The position numbers were made by a program, and so were the translations under genes. From Patescibacteria group bacterium (GTDB taxonomy: Bacteria > Patescibacteriota > Microgenomatia > UBA10105 > UBA927), in assembly GCA_049322955.1 (NCBI GenBank), contig JBMOPU010000012.1, positions 681,517 to 745,516 on the forward strand: a stretch of 64,000 nt of DNA, written 5' to 3'. Under the pieces are notes generated by a model. The model was not told the origin of the DNA. It worked only from the letters and a program-made list of their open reading frames with translations, and made no database searches. Numbering within the stretch: the first letter of the stretch is position 1; each line of letters begins with the position of its first letter. Positions 1 through 8,015 of this stretch are shown here, piece by piece.

Positions 1-283
1 TTCTTTAAAGAACTTAAATGTAGATAATATAAAAATTATATTTCAAACTTACCTTAGTGAATATATTTTTGCTAGCTTATTACAAAAAGCAGGACAAAAA
101 TTAGGAAAAATATCACATAAAGACGCCATAAGAATCGAAAAAAGAATGAAAGGATATATCTCATCTAAAGTTAATTTAGACTTATCGAATATTGACTTCT
201 CAAAGATGGATTGGAATGGTCAATCAGGAAAAGCATTTGTTCAAAGTATTTTTGAAAAAGCATATGAGTTGATGGAGACATAA
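1..283 (+). CDS. qatB: 3' end of probable Qat anti-phage protein QatB (partial)
   Basis: Open frame from base 2 (…SLKNLNVDNIKIIFQTYLSEY…DWNGQSGKAFVQSIFEKAYELMET*). Its TAA overlaps the qatC ATG (TAATG), and it sits directly upstream of qatC-qatD. Confidence 0.6.
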   Translation, partial: SLKNLNVDNIKIIFQTYLSEYIFASLLQKAGQKLGKISHKDAIRIEKRMKGYISSKVNLDLSNIDFSKMDWNGQSGKAFVQSIFEKAYELMET

Positions 284-1593
284 TGACAGTGAATACAATA
301 CATGTAAAAACAGGTAAGGAAGATATAAAAATAGCATCTGGTTTGGGAAATCGGATTATTGATTTTACTTCTACAAACACGAACCAGACACTAGAAAAAC
401 CCTTATGGTTGAATCGAGATTTTTACAATTTAGAGTATCAACCAGTTCTTGTTGATTTGTTTCGCTTAGCAACCTCTGTTTTTATCATCGACAAAACTAT
501 TCCGAGAATTGAAGCTTACGATCGTTGGACAAGAGATATAGAACTAAACTTGCCCGTAAGTGACCCATCAATGTGGTACGAGAATACGAATTTAATTGTT
601 AGATTTCTTAGTTTTCTCACAGGAGATCATTGGAAGGTACTTTTTACCCAAGATGAATCCACACAACCACAAAAGGATAAGCAATTAACGAAAAAAGGCC
701 ATAAGCTAGACGTAAAATCAGTTTCACTTTTTTCTGGAGGTTTAGATTCCTTCATTGGTGTAATAGATCAAATAGTTGATACCGAATCAGTAGCAATGAT
801 TGCTCACTACGATCAGGGGCAGGTTTCTAAAGTACAAAAATTATTACATGCTAGCTTGGTGAGCCAATTCCCCTCTGCAAAGGTAGAATTATTACAATTT
901 TTTGTTCAGCCTTTAGCAACCAGCGAAAATACCATGAGAAGTAGATCTCTGCTTTTTCTATCTTTAGGAAGCATAGTTGCATCTAGTATAGGTGTCAAAG
1001 AATTAATAGTTCCTGAAAACGGTTTTATAAGTTTAAACGTGCCTTTAACATACAATCGGCTTGGAAGCTTAAGTACCAGAACAACTCATCCAAACACACT
1101 AAATCTCTTTAATAGACTACTCCAAAACTTAAGAATAGGTGTTTTGGTATCCGATCCTTACAAATTTAAGACTAAAGGGGAAATGTTATCAGACTCTAAG
1201 AGCCTTGAGTATTTGGTCAGTGTTGCAAATGAAACGATGTCTTGTGCACATGCGAATGTTGGTATATATCAACATTTACCACCAAATAGACATTGTGGAT
1301 ATTGCTTGCCTTGTTTAATCAGGAGAGCTGCATTTCATAGAGTTGGCCTTGATGACCCAAAGCACTATACCTTTGATGTATTAGATTTAGATTTTTTAGA
1401 ACAAGATAGTAGCAAAACTAGTGACCTTAGGGCTGTTTTACATAGCATTGAAAGTCATAAGACAAATTCAACATTAACAAATATATTGAAGACTGGACCT
1501 ATATTTCCCATAAATGACTTAGAAAATTTTTGTAAGATATACAATATGGGAATCCTGGAATTAGAAAGCTTTTTAAGTGTATATAAAGATTAG
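283..1593 (+). CDS. qatC: Qat anti-phage QueC-like protein QatC
   Basis: SGGLDS PP-loop, RSRSLLF, PENG, STRTTHP, TKGEM and SC…HCGYCLPCLIRR motifs; N-terminal extension relative to QueC; followed by TatD. Confidence 0.9.
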   Translation: MTVNTIHVKTGKEDIKIASGLGNRIIDFTSTNTNQTLEKPLWLNRDFYNLEYQPVLVDLFRLATSVFIIDKTIPRIEAYDRWTRDIELNLPVSDPSMWYENTNLIVRFLSFLTGDHWKVLFTQDESTQPQKDKQLTKKGHKLDVKSVSLFSGGLDSFIGVIDQIVDTESVAMIAHYDQGQVSKVQKLLHASLVSQFPSAKVELLQFFVQPLATSENTMRSRSLLFLSLGSIVASSIGVKELIVPENGFISLNVPLTYNRLGSLSTRTTHPNTLNLFNRLLQNLRIGVLVSDPYKFKTKGEMLSDSKSLEYLVSVANETMSCAHANVGIYQHLPPNRHCGYCLPCLIRRAAFHRVGLDDPKHYTFDVLDLDFLEQDSSKTSDLRAVLHSIESHKTNSTLTNILKTGPIFPINDLENFCKIYNMGILELESFLSVYKD

Positions 1594-1599
1594 TGTATT

Positions 1600-2346
1600 A
1601 TGGATTTTAGTAAACAATTTGATTATATCGACACTCACTGTCACCTAGACTTGTATAAAAACTATACAGAGGTTATTGAACAGTCTAAAATGTCAAACAC
1701 TTCGATTGTTGCGGTAACAAACCTTCCAACAGTGTTTGAGCGAGAATGCAAGCTATTCAAAAACTATTCAAATGTAATTGTCGCATTAGGTTTTCATCCG
1801 CAATTAGTGAAATCTCATGGAGATCAGGTAAGTCAGATGTTAAGCTTTATGTCTAAAACGCAATTTATCGGTGAAATAGGGCTAGATTATCAAGAAAATA
1901 ATGATGACCTAAAAACGAAACAAAAATACATATTCCAACAAATATTGGACGGTGCAGCAACATATAGGACCAAAATACTTTCTGTGCATAGTAGAAAGTC
2001 CTCCGAAGATGTAGTAGCTATGATTGGATCTAATTTCCCCGGAAACATTATTCTTCACTGGTATAGCGGGTCACAATCGACGTTAAAAAAGGCTTTGTCT
2101 AATGGATATTTATTTTCCGTTAATCCAGCTATGACATTTTCAGCTAGTGGAAGATCTATTATTAATGGTTTGCCACTTGAAAAAATTTTAACTGAAACAG
2201 ACGGTCCATTCACGGAGGTGAATAATAAACAAAGTATCCCTTCAGACATAAGTTTGGTTCTGGACTACTTGGCAAAGTTACATAATCAAACAACTCAAAA
2301 TATCAAAGAAATAATTAAAAATAACTTTTTGAATATTTTGAATTAA
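1600..2346 (+). CDS. qatD: Qat TatD-family nuclease QatD
   Basis: DTHCHLD, GFHP, GEIGLD, SVHSR, LHWY and ETDGP TatD motifs; directly after qatC. Confidence 0.9.
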   Translation: MDFSKQFDYIDTHCHLDLYKNYTEVIEQSKMSNTSIVAVTNLPTVFERECKLFKNYSNVIVALGFHPQLVKSHGDQVSQMLSFMSKTQFIGEIGLDYQENNDDLKTKQKYIFQQILDGAATYRTKILSVHSRKSSEDVVAMIGSNFPGNIILHWYSGSQSTLKKALSNGYLFSVNPAMTFSASGRSIINGLPLEKILTETDGPFTEVNNKQSIPSDISLVLDYLAKLHNQTTQNIKEIIKNNFLNILN

Positions 2347-2352
2347 ACAGAT

Positions 2353-3069
2353 ATGGCAACTATTTATGGTCAACCCAGCCGATATCTCAATGCGAATAAA
2401 ACCATAAGCAAATACGGTGCATTAGCCTACCTAATTTACTTTACAGTTATCATCGGAATTGTTATTTGGCGCTTATCAATAGCCTCGTTCTCATTGCCTG
2501 CTGTTTTCGCTATCTCACTTGTATTTGGCCCGATATTACTCGTTACAGACTCACTCATGAGAAAAGAGGAGTCACTAATGTATAAGTTCCGCAGTGGCAT
2601 TGTTGGAGAAAAGCTAATCGGCGATGAATTAAAGAAACTATATGCAAGTTATACGGTATTTGAAGATGTTCATGTCCCGGGCAAGAAAGAGAATATTGAT
2701 TTTGTGGTCGTTGGCGCTACAGGAATTCATGCAATCGAGGTTAAAAATCATCATGGAAAGGTGGGTTTTGATGGAGATGCCCTCACCTTAAACGACAAAC
2801 CATTCGAAAAGGACTTTCTAAGACAGGCCATGCGCGAAGCAACCTCTCTCCATGATTATCTTGTGTCGTCGGGGATTTCTAATGCGTTTGTTGTTCCTAT
2901 CATTGTCTTTTCTCATCGCTTTGCTCTAGTTAGATTTGGGATTCAGCCTATTAAAAATGTTCGTGTTATTCAGTATCGCTGGCTCAACAAAATGATAACC
3001 AGCGAACCGAGAAGTTATCCAGATCAAAAAGTGGTTGATCTAATAAAAAATACCTACATTCAGGCCTAG
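2353..3069 (+). CDS. Membrane-anchored NERD-domain (PD-(D/E)xK nuclease-like) protein
   Basis: Two N-terminal hydrophobic helices, then GxxGE…NIDFVVVG…IEVKN…Q NERD pattern. Confidence 0.75.
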   Translation: MATIYGQPSRYLNANKTISKYGALAYLIYFTVIIGIVIWRLSIASFSLPAVFAISLVFGPILLVTDSLMRKEESLMYKFRSGIVGEKLIGDELKKLYASYTVFEDVHVPGKKENIDFVVVGATGIHAIEVKNHHGKVGFDGDALTLNDKPFEKDFLRQAMREATSLHDYLVSSGISNAFVVPIIVFSHRFALVRFGIQPIKNVRVIQYRWLNKMITSEPRSYPDQKVVDLIKNTYIQA

Positions 3070-3127
3070 TGGCCTGTGTAAGCAAGCTTTTTTGTAAAGT
3101 TGCGGTCAGATGTTAGAATATAAATAT

Positions 3128-3346
3128 ATGAATAGCGATTCCATGAATTTGAAAGAGAAAAAAGAGTTTGGAGATAAAGCTCGTGTTGCTAGAGAGAAGT
3201 TATCCCTAACTCAAGCAGATGTAGCCAAAAAAGCCAATATGACCGTCAACTACTACGCCATGATAGAGCGCGGTGAAGCTAATCTGTCCTTTGAAAAAAT
3301 GAAGAGTATCGTAAAAGTTCTGAAACTCAAGATCACTATTTCCTAG
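3128..3346 (+). CDS. XRE-family helix-turn-helix regulator
   Basis: REKLSLTQADVAKKANMTVNYYAMIERGEANLS HTH_3 pattern. Confidence 0.85.
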   Translation: MNSDSMNLKEKKEFGDKARVAREKLSLTQADVAKKANMTVNYYAMIERGEANLSFEKMKSIVKVLKLKITIS

Positions 3347-3605
3347 CATCAAGCACTAGCTTGGCTGATTCTCTCATCATTTCGACCAGTTTTTCAGCCT
3401 CTTCAAATGTCGCTCTCTTGGGATTCGTTTGTTGTAGGCTCTCCAGAGCAGATTTGAACATCTGATCGTGATTTGCAGTATCTATAGCAAATTGCAATGT
3501 CTCTCTTGGTACTGCCTCAAACTTTTCCTTGCCGATAGCGGTAATCTCATCCCACGGCAACGAAACTATACTGCTATTTTTATCCATGAACGTATTATAG
3601 TCCAA
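3336..3605 (-). CDS. Hypothetical protein
   Basis: 89-aa ORF filling the gap, co-oriented with the PLD gene; no motif recognised. Confidence 0.55.
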   Translation of the reverse strand: MDYNTFMDKNSSIVSLPWDEITAIGKEKFEAVPRETLQFAIDTANHDQMFKSALESLQQTNPKRATFEEAEKLVEMMRESAKLVLDARK

Positions 3606-3638
3606 GAAGCTTACTAGAGGAAATTGCCTATATTTCCA

Positions 3639-4079
3639 CTACATGTATTTTCCGTACCCAATAAAGTTAAATAAATCTACGGCGAAGCCGCCGTCCTCAA
3701 GACGGCGCATAAATTCTCTACTTTTTGCCTGAGAAAGGATATTTAGGCTTCCTTCCCAGAGTATATTGCGGTCGATAATGGCTAGTTTCCGGTGGTGATT
3801 ACCTGTACAAAGCAGTACTTGGATGCCAATATTCTCAAATTCTTGGATTTCTAGCTCAGACTGCTCATCATAGCCATCTATGTGCGCTCGTGGGTCTCGA
3901 GTGACTATGTAGATTTTGACATCGCGCGCAACCAAGCGTCGAAACACTGGCCAAAAAGTCTTCATTCTAGCTATGGTAATGAATGGACTTTCGATAATTA
4001 CCTCATTCTGACTATTCTCTAAGTCTGTCAGAAATTTGGAGAAGAAGGTTTTCTCGTCGTGCAAAGAGGTTTTAATCAT
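3639..4079 (-). CDS. Stand-alone phospholipase D-like (HKD) nuclease domain protein
   Basis: IIESPFIT…HRKLAIIDRNILWEGSLN, a single HxKxxxxD-x6-GSxN motif. Confidence 0.8.
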   Translation of the reverse strand: MIKTSLHDEKTFFSKFLTDLENSQNEVIIESPFITIARMKTFWPVFRRLVARDVKIYIVTRDPRAHIDGYDEQSELEIQEFENIGIQVLLCTGNHHRKLAIIDRNILWEGSLNILSQAKSREFMRRLEDGGFAVDLFNFIGYGKYM

Positions 4080-4151
4080 GTAAATCCTCCTCCGACTTCG
4101 ATTGATACAGTTCCATTAACCTGGTAAAATGTACTAGGTAATTGTCGGAGA

Positions 4152-4181
4152 GCGGTTCAAAATAAGAATCGTCCTCCGCAC
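4152..4181 (+). mobile_element. Putative att remnant (degenerate tRNA 3' end) at the right border of the AT-rich defence island
   Basis: GCGGTTCAAA-ATAAGAA-TCGTCCTCCGCAC resembles a tRNA T-arm plus acceptor 3' strand, and base composition shifts around here. Confidence 0.45.
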
Positions 4182-4189
4182 TAGCGAAC

Positions 4190-4657
4190 ATGGCAGAATT
4201 CCCCCACCACGAAATGAGAGGTGATGAGTCTCGCGTAGTACTTCTACAGGCCCTTCGGGCAATGCAACATCGCATCAGCATTCCGCAACTCATCGACGGA
4301 TCAAGGCTTTCTCCACTTATCAAATTGGGGCTCAATAATCTGATTATGTGTGAAGGAGGCAAGTTTAAATCCGTTCGGGCGGTTCAAGAACTTACGGCAC
4401 TGGATGTGCCGACGCTCATGTTGGAGGGTGGAATTTACCATCTCCACAGGGTCATGCGACAAAATGAAAGAAAAATTGTTCGTAATCTGATGCCGCTTGA
4501 CGATGTTGTCGTCATTGGCCCAGAAAGCATTTTTCGTTACGGTGACCCATCAATTCCCGACAGTGGCTATGGGGAAACGCTAAATAGAATTCCTAACCTC
4601 AGAATGGTGGAAGACGTGATTGACGCGGTACGGTATCTTCGGGAAAGGAACGCGTAG
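4190..4657 (+). CDS. Hypothetical protein, rhodanese-like motif
   Basis: IMCEGGKFKSVRAVQEL…LMLEGG resembles the rhodanese CxxGxxS…LxGG pattern. Confidence 0.45.
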   Translation: MAEFPHHEMRGDESRVVLLQALRAMQHRISIPQLIDGSRLSPLIKLGLNNLIMCEGGKFKSVRAVQELTALDVPTLMLEGGIYHLHRVMRQNERKIVRNLMPLDDVVVIGPESIFRYGDPSIPDSGYGETLNRIPNLRMVEDVIDAVRYLRERNA

Positions 4658-4662
4658 GAGTG

Positions 4663-5118
4663 CTATGTCAATTTTCCTGCAAGCAAAGTAGCCCAATCTT
4701 TTACTGCTTGTTCGTTTGCGGCGAGGCTATAGTAGCGATCAATTTTAAGTGAAGGTACCACGAGGGTAACCGAGAGCTTGTTAAATATTTCCTCCATGAC
4801 ATCAATGGCGCCGCAGTAATGGGGATAGGAAGTGTCTCCGAGACCGATGAGTGCCACTTTCTTCCCCGACAGGTCTTCGTTCGTAAGACTTTCAACAAAC
4901 GCTCGTACTTCGGGGAGAGGCTGTCCGTCTTTCCCTTGATCCTCCCAACTGGGAGAACTGACGATAAGCACGTCATACTCGGCAACCTTCTCGCGGGTCA
5001 CTTCATCGGCGGAAAACATGTCAACGGTATGATTGGCGGTACGAAGTGTTGCGGCGGCAACTTCCGACGCACTCATGGTCGAACCGGACAGGGTGCCATA
5101 GACAAGGAGGCATTTCAT
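4663..5118 (-). CDS. Short-chain flavodoxin
   Basis: YGTLSGST FMN-phosphate loop, PSW, GLGDTSYPHYCGA. Confidence 0.9.
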   Translation of the reverse strand: MKCLLVYGTLSGSTMSASEVAAATLRTANHTVDMFSADEVTREKVAEYDVLIVSSPSWEDQGKDGQPLPEVRAFVESLTNEDLSGKKVALIGLGDTSYPHYCGAIDVMEEIFNKLSVTLVVPSLKIDRYYSLAANEQAVKDWATLLAGKLT

Positions 5119-5137
5119 AACTGTGATCTATTATACA

Positions 5138-6178
5138 TTAGTGGAGCGAGTTGTGAACGATCTGTACCACAAAGTCATCAAGCGTCATCCCGTGTGCTTT
5201 GATACTCGCCGTCATGGCATCCCGGGGATCCGGATCAAAGCCTGCATTGGCGTTGGCTTCGAGAAAGTACCACATATTATTTTTCGTATTGAACCGCAGA
5301 TCAAAGCGCGCATAATCCCGAAGACCTAGCGCGTAAAAGGCTCGGATGGAATCTTTGCGAATGCCGGTATCTATCCCTGACTTCAGTTCTTTGGGAGGAG
5401 CGATAAAGTGACAGCTTTGGTATGCGGCCGTGTTTTTTGTCCATTTTTCATCAAAGCCATAGATATTCCATTTATTTTTCCCTTTTGATTTGAATGCGAT
5501 TTCCGCAATGGGAAGTGCATACGTTTTGGTGGGTGTCTCGAGCACAGTGACCTGCAGTTCTTTGCCGGGAATAAATTCCTCCGCTAAAAGCGCCTGTTTA
5601 TGATTTTTTCGCATGGTCTGCACGATTTTCTTAAACTGTTCGTAGGTGGTGGCGATTGATTTGTTGGTAATGCCGATACTGCAGTGTTCAAATGCAGGCT
5701 TGACGATAATCGGAAATTTTCCAGGAAGCATTTTTCGGCTTATGCGGTCATGCAGACGGATAATCGTATATTTCGGCGTCGGCAACGCATATTTTTCAAA
5801 CAAACGTTTTGTTTTCAATTTATTATTGGAAATTTGAATGGCTTTAAATGAGGATCCTGAATACGGAATATGCAGTCTTCCCAATATTTTGGCAATCTCG
5901 ACCTCCATTTTCTTGCTGTCCACGAGATTAAAAACAAAATCTGCTTTGAGATTTTTAAGTTCCGAAAGATCATCGGGTTTTACTTTAATAATCTGTACTT
6001 TATATCCGCGTTTGCGAAAAAGTGCGGTCATATACCGCACGATATCGTCGGTTTGGTTGTCGACGAGTGCATGTTCGGAACTGAAATACGTGTCAGTAAT
6101 ATCCTTGGGAACGTAATGATACAGAATCGCAATGGTGTGCGATTTTTTTGATTTGATATTTTTCTTTTTTGATTTCAT
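5138..6178 (-). CDS. D-Ala-D-Ala ligase-like ATP-grasp enzyme
   Basis: VFNL, IPYSGS, NKLKTK, IVKPAFEHCSIGI, EEFIPGKE, YARFDLR, LEANANAG. Confidence 0.8.
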   Translation of the reverse strand: MKSKKKNIKSKKSHTIAILYHYVPKDITDTYFSSEHALVDNQTDDIVRYMTALFRKRGYKVQIIKVKPDDLSELKNLKADFVFNLVDSKKMEVEIAKILGRLHIPYSGSSFKAIQISNNKLKTKRLFEKYALPTPKYTIIRLHDRISRKMLPGKFPIIVKPAFEHCSIGITNKSIATTYEQFKKIVQTMRKNHKQALLAEEFIPGKELQVTVLETPTKTYALPIAEIAFKSKGKNKWNIYGFDEKWTKNTAAYQSCHFIAPPKELKSGIDTGIRKDSIRAFYALGLRDYARFDLRFNTKNNMWYFLEANANAGFDPDPRDAMTASIKAHGMTLDDFVVQIVHNSLH

Positions 6179-6277
6179 AGAACGCAACTATTACAACAAC
6201 AAATTTTTTGCCGTTTGTCAAATATACCATAACCATTGTGGCGACCGTATGGTATTTGTTAAAATAGAACCCTTGGG

Positions 6278-6350
6278 GGACGATTAGCTCAACGGCTAGA
6301 GCACTTCGTTTACATCGAAGGGGTTGGGGGTTCGAATCCCTCATCGTCCA
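6278..6350 (+). tRNA. tRNA-Val(TAC)
   Basis: GGACGAT/ATCGTCC acceptor, anticodon arm CTTCG-TTTACAT-CGAAG, GGTTCGAATCC T-arm. Confidence 0.95.
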
Positions 6351-6419
6351 CTGAATTTGCTCTGTGACGCAGTGTGGGTATCAGGGTATAATTCATTGCA
6401 AAGTGGTGTGATCGGTTTT

Positions 6420-6495
6420 GCTGAGGTAGCCAAGGTGGTCACGGCGCCTGTCTGAAAAACAGGTTATGCGTGTTCGACTCACGCCCTCAGCACCA
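6420..6495 (+). tRNA. tRNA-Phe(GAA)
   Basis: GCTGAGG/CCTCAGC acceptor, CCTGT-CTGAAAA-ACAGG anticodon arm, encoded CCA. Confidence 0.95.
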
Positions 6496-6549
6496 TAGTC
6501 GTCTATCAGGGTCGAATTAGGAAAGCACACGTGCTTTGAGTATAATATC

Positions 6550-6633
6550 GTCGCAAGGGAGTGCGTTATGTGGAGAGCCCTTGCGACACTCTGGTAGAAA
6601 GGGAGGTTGGAAGGGAAACGTCGTTTCCCGTCC
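6550..6633 (+). ncRNA. Structured tRNA-leader motif, copy 1 (unknown family)
   Basis: GTCGCAAGGG/CCCTTGCGAC stem, TGGTA linker, GGA-A-GGGAAAC/GTTTCCC-G-TCC stem; 3 nt after TATAAT and 6 nt before tRNA-Gly. Confidence 0.55.
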
Positions 6634-6639
6634 ATGAAA

Positions 6640-6711
6640 GCGGCGTTAGTTCACCGGTAGAATGTCTCCTTGCCAAGGAGAAGGTAACGGGTTCAATTCC
6701 CGTACGCCGCT
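6640..6711 (+). tRNA. tRNA-Gly(GCC)
   Basis: GCGGCGT/ACGCCGC acceptor, TCTCC-TTGCCAA-GGAGA anticodon arm. Confidence 0.95.
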
Positions 6712-6745
6712 CAGAGAATCACTATCCAAAATAGGTTATAATTAT

Positions 6746-6829
6746 GTCGCGAAGGTGTGCTATATGTATGAGCCCTTCGCGACTCTTTGGTAAATAGGAT
6801 CGTTGGGAAGGGAACATCGTTTCCGTCCC
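6746..6829 (+). ncRNA. Structured tRNA-leader motif, copy 2
   Basis: GTCGCGAAGG/CCTTCGCGAC stem, TGGTA linker, GGGA-A-GGGAAC/GTTTCC-G-TCCC stem; 3 nt after TATAAT and 7 nt before tRNA-Gln. Confidence 0.55.
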
Positions 6830-6836
6830 AGAGAGG

Positions 6837-6908
6837 TGCGGGGTCGTTCAACGGTAGGACACCTGCCTTTGGAGCAGGGTATTCTTGGTTCGAATCCAAG
6901 CCCCGCAG
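6837..6908 (+). tRNA. tRNA-Gln(TTG)
   Basis: TGCGGGG/CCCCGCA acceptor, CCTGC-CTTTGGA-GCAGG anticodon arm. Confidence 0.95.
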
Positions 6909-6910
6909 CT

Positions 6911-6947
6911 TATACAAAAATTGCCCATATTGGGCATTTTTTGTATA
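6911..6947 (+). terminator. Intrinsic terminator after tRNA-Gln
   Basis: ACAAAAATTGCCCA-TAT-TGGGCATTTTTTGT hairpin with U tract. Confidence 0.8.
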
Positions 6948-7075
6948 TACGGGGTTTATGGTAAGAACCGACATTGGTTCGAAAATGAGGAGTCGTTATA
7001 GCGACAACGATCGCTGTAACAGCGAATCATTCATGGAGTCTTGCTTTGCGACACGAATATCTTCCAAGCCCCGCA
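6948..7075 (+). repeat. Split duplicate of tRNA-Gln (T-arm interrupted by a 79-nt insert)
   Basis: TTGGTTCGAA (6974-6983) joined to TCCAAGCCCCGCA (7063-7075) equals tRNA-Gln 6885-6907 exactly. Confidence 0.7.
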
Positions 7076-7088
7076 ATCTGCATTAAAT

Positions 7089-7988
7089 TTACCTCGATTT
7101 TTCGCTTTCCAATCGATTCATTGCAATAACTGAAAAACTGATGATGGCTCCGCCCAAGACGTCTCTTGGCATGGGGGCTTCGCCGAAGAATATAAATCCC
7201 AGAAATACGGCAAACAAAGCCTCTAGAGTCAAAATATTGCCTGCAAGCACTGCTTCAAGTTTTTGAAAGCCGTAATTAGTGAGGAAAACATTGAGGGCAT
7301 TGAAAATGCCTGCACCGATAACCGCGAATAGTAATCCCCAATTCCAACCGGCAAGCGGCAGACCGTCACCTTTGAAAAGCGAGACGAGAAAGACCGCCAA
7401 AAATGCTACGAAAAAATTGGCGACGGTTAATTCCGTATTGTTGAGAAAATCCGACTGCCATCTTCGTGCCACATAACTTAATGAAAAGAATACGGTGGAT
7501 GCCTGGGTGATCATTTCACCGCGACTCCAGTTAAATATATTGGAATAGTCCTGTACCGATATGATAAAAACGCCTATAAACGCCAAAACAATATACAATG
7601 CCTTTTTAAAAGAGAATTTTTCGCCGAGAAGCAAAAACCCCAACAGTGCCGTCATCGGCAACGCGCTGATAAAAGACACGTTCGCATATTTGGTGACAAG
7701 AATCGCTTGTGTAAAAAGGATAATACCAAAAAGTGAATAGGAAACTGCTCTGAGCAGTATAATCAACCAATCTTTTGCAGATATCTTTAAAAATTTCTTG
7801 AAATCAATTTGTTTCCTGAAAAGTATTAGACATATAAGTAATGCCGCAAACATGCGCAAATAAACCTGCTGAAATAAAAGGAATCCCGTTGCCAGGTAGC
7901 GTGCAAAAAGACCCATCGACGCAAAAACCAACGCTAAAAGGATAAGAGCAATAACCCCTTTGTGTTTATCAGAATTACGCATGTTCAT
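7089..7988 (-). CDS. DMT/EamA family transporter
   Basis: About 10 TM helices in two repeats; LLGEK and FFGEAP motifs. Confidence 0.85.
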   Translation of the reverse strand: MNMRNSDKHKGVIALILLALVFASMGLFARYLATGFLLFQQVYLRMFAALLICLILFRKQIDFKKFLKISAKDWLIILLRAVSYSLFGIILFTQAILVTKYANVSFISALPMTALLGFLLLGEKFSFKKALYIVLAFIGVFIISVQDYSNIFNWSRGEMITQASTVFFSLSYVARRWQSDFLNNTELTVANFFVAFLAVFLVSLFKGDGLPLAGWNWGLLFAVIGAGIFNALNVFLTNYGFQKLEAVLAGNILTLEALFAVFLGFIFFGEAPMPRDVLGGAIISFSVIAMNRLESEKSR

Positions 7989-8015
7989 CTTGGTGCAATG
8001 GAATTTTTGGTGGTA

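Noticed and set aside
283-1593. Queuosine biosynthesis queC
   Set aside because: It is too long, has no queD/E/F neighbours and is adjacent to TatD, which fits QatC.
6984-7062. T-loop inserts (also 55172-55242) as group I introns or integron attC sites
   Set aside because: At 71-79 nt they are far too short for a group I core, lack the RYYYAAC…GTTRRRY cassette context, and interrupt incomplete tRNA copies.
6093-7086. ORFs 6093-6344, 6393-6635, 6711-6974 and 6787-7086
   Set aside because: They overlap clear tRNA genes and are translation artefacts. A 42-aa ORF from 6958 across the shadow element cannot be strictly excluded but has no support.
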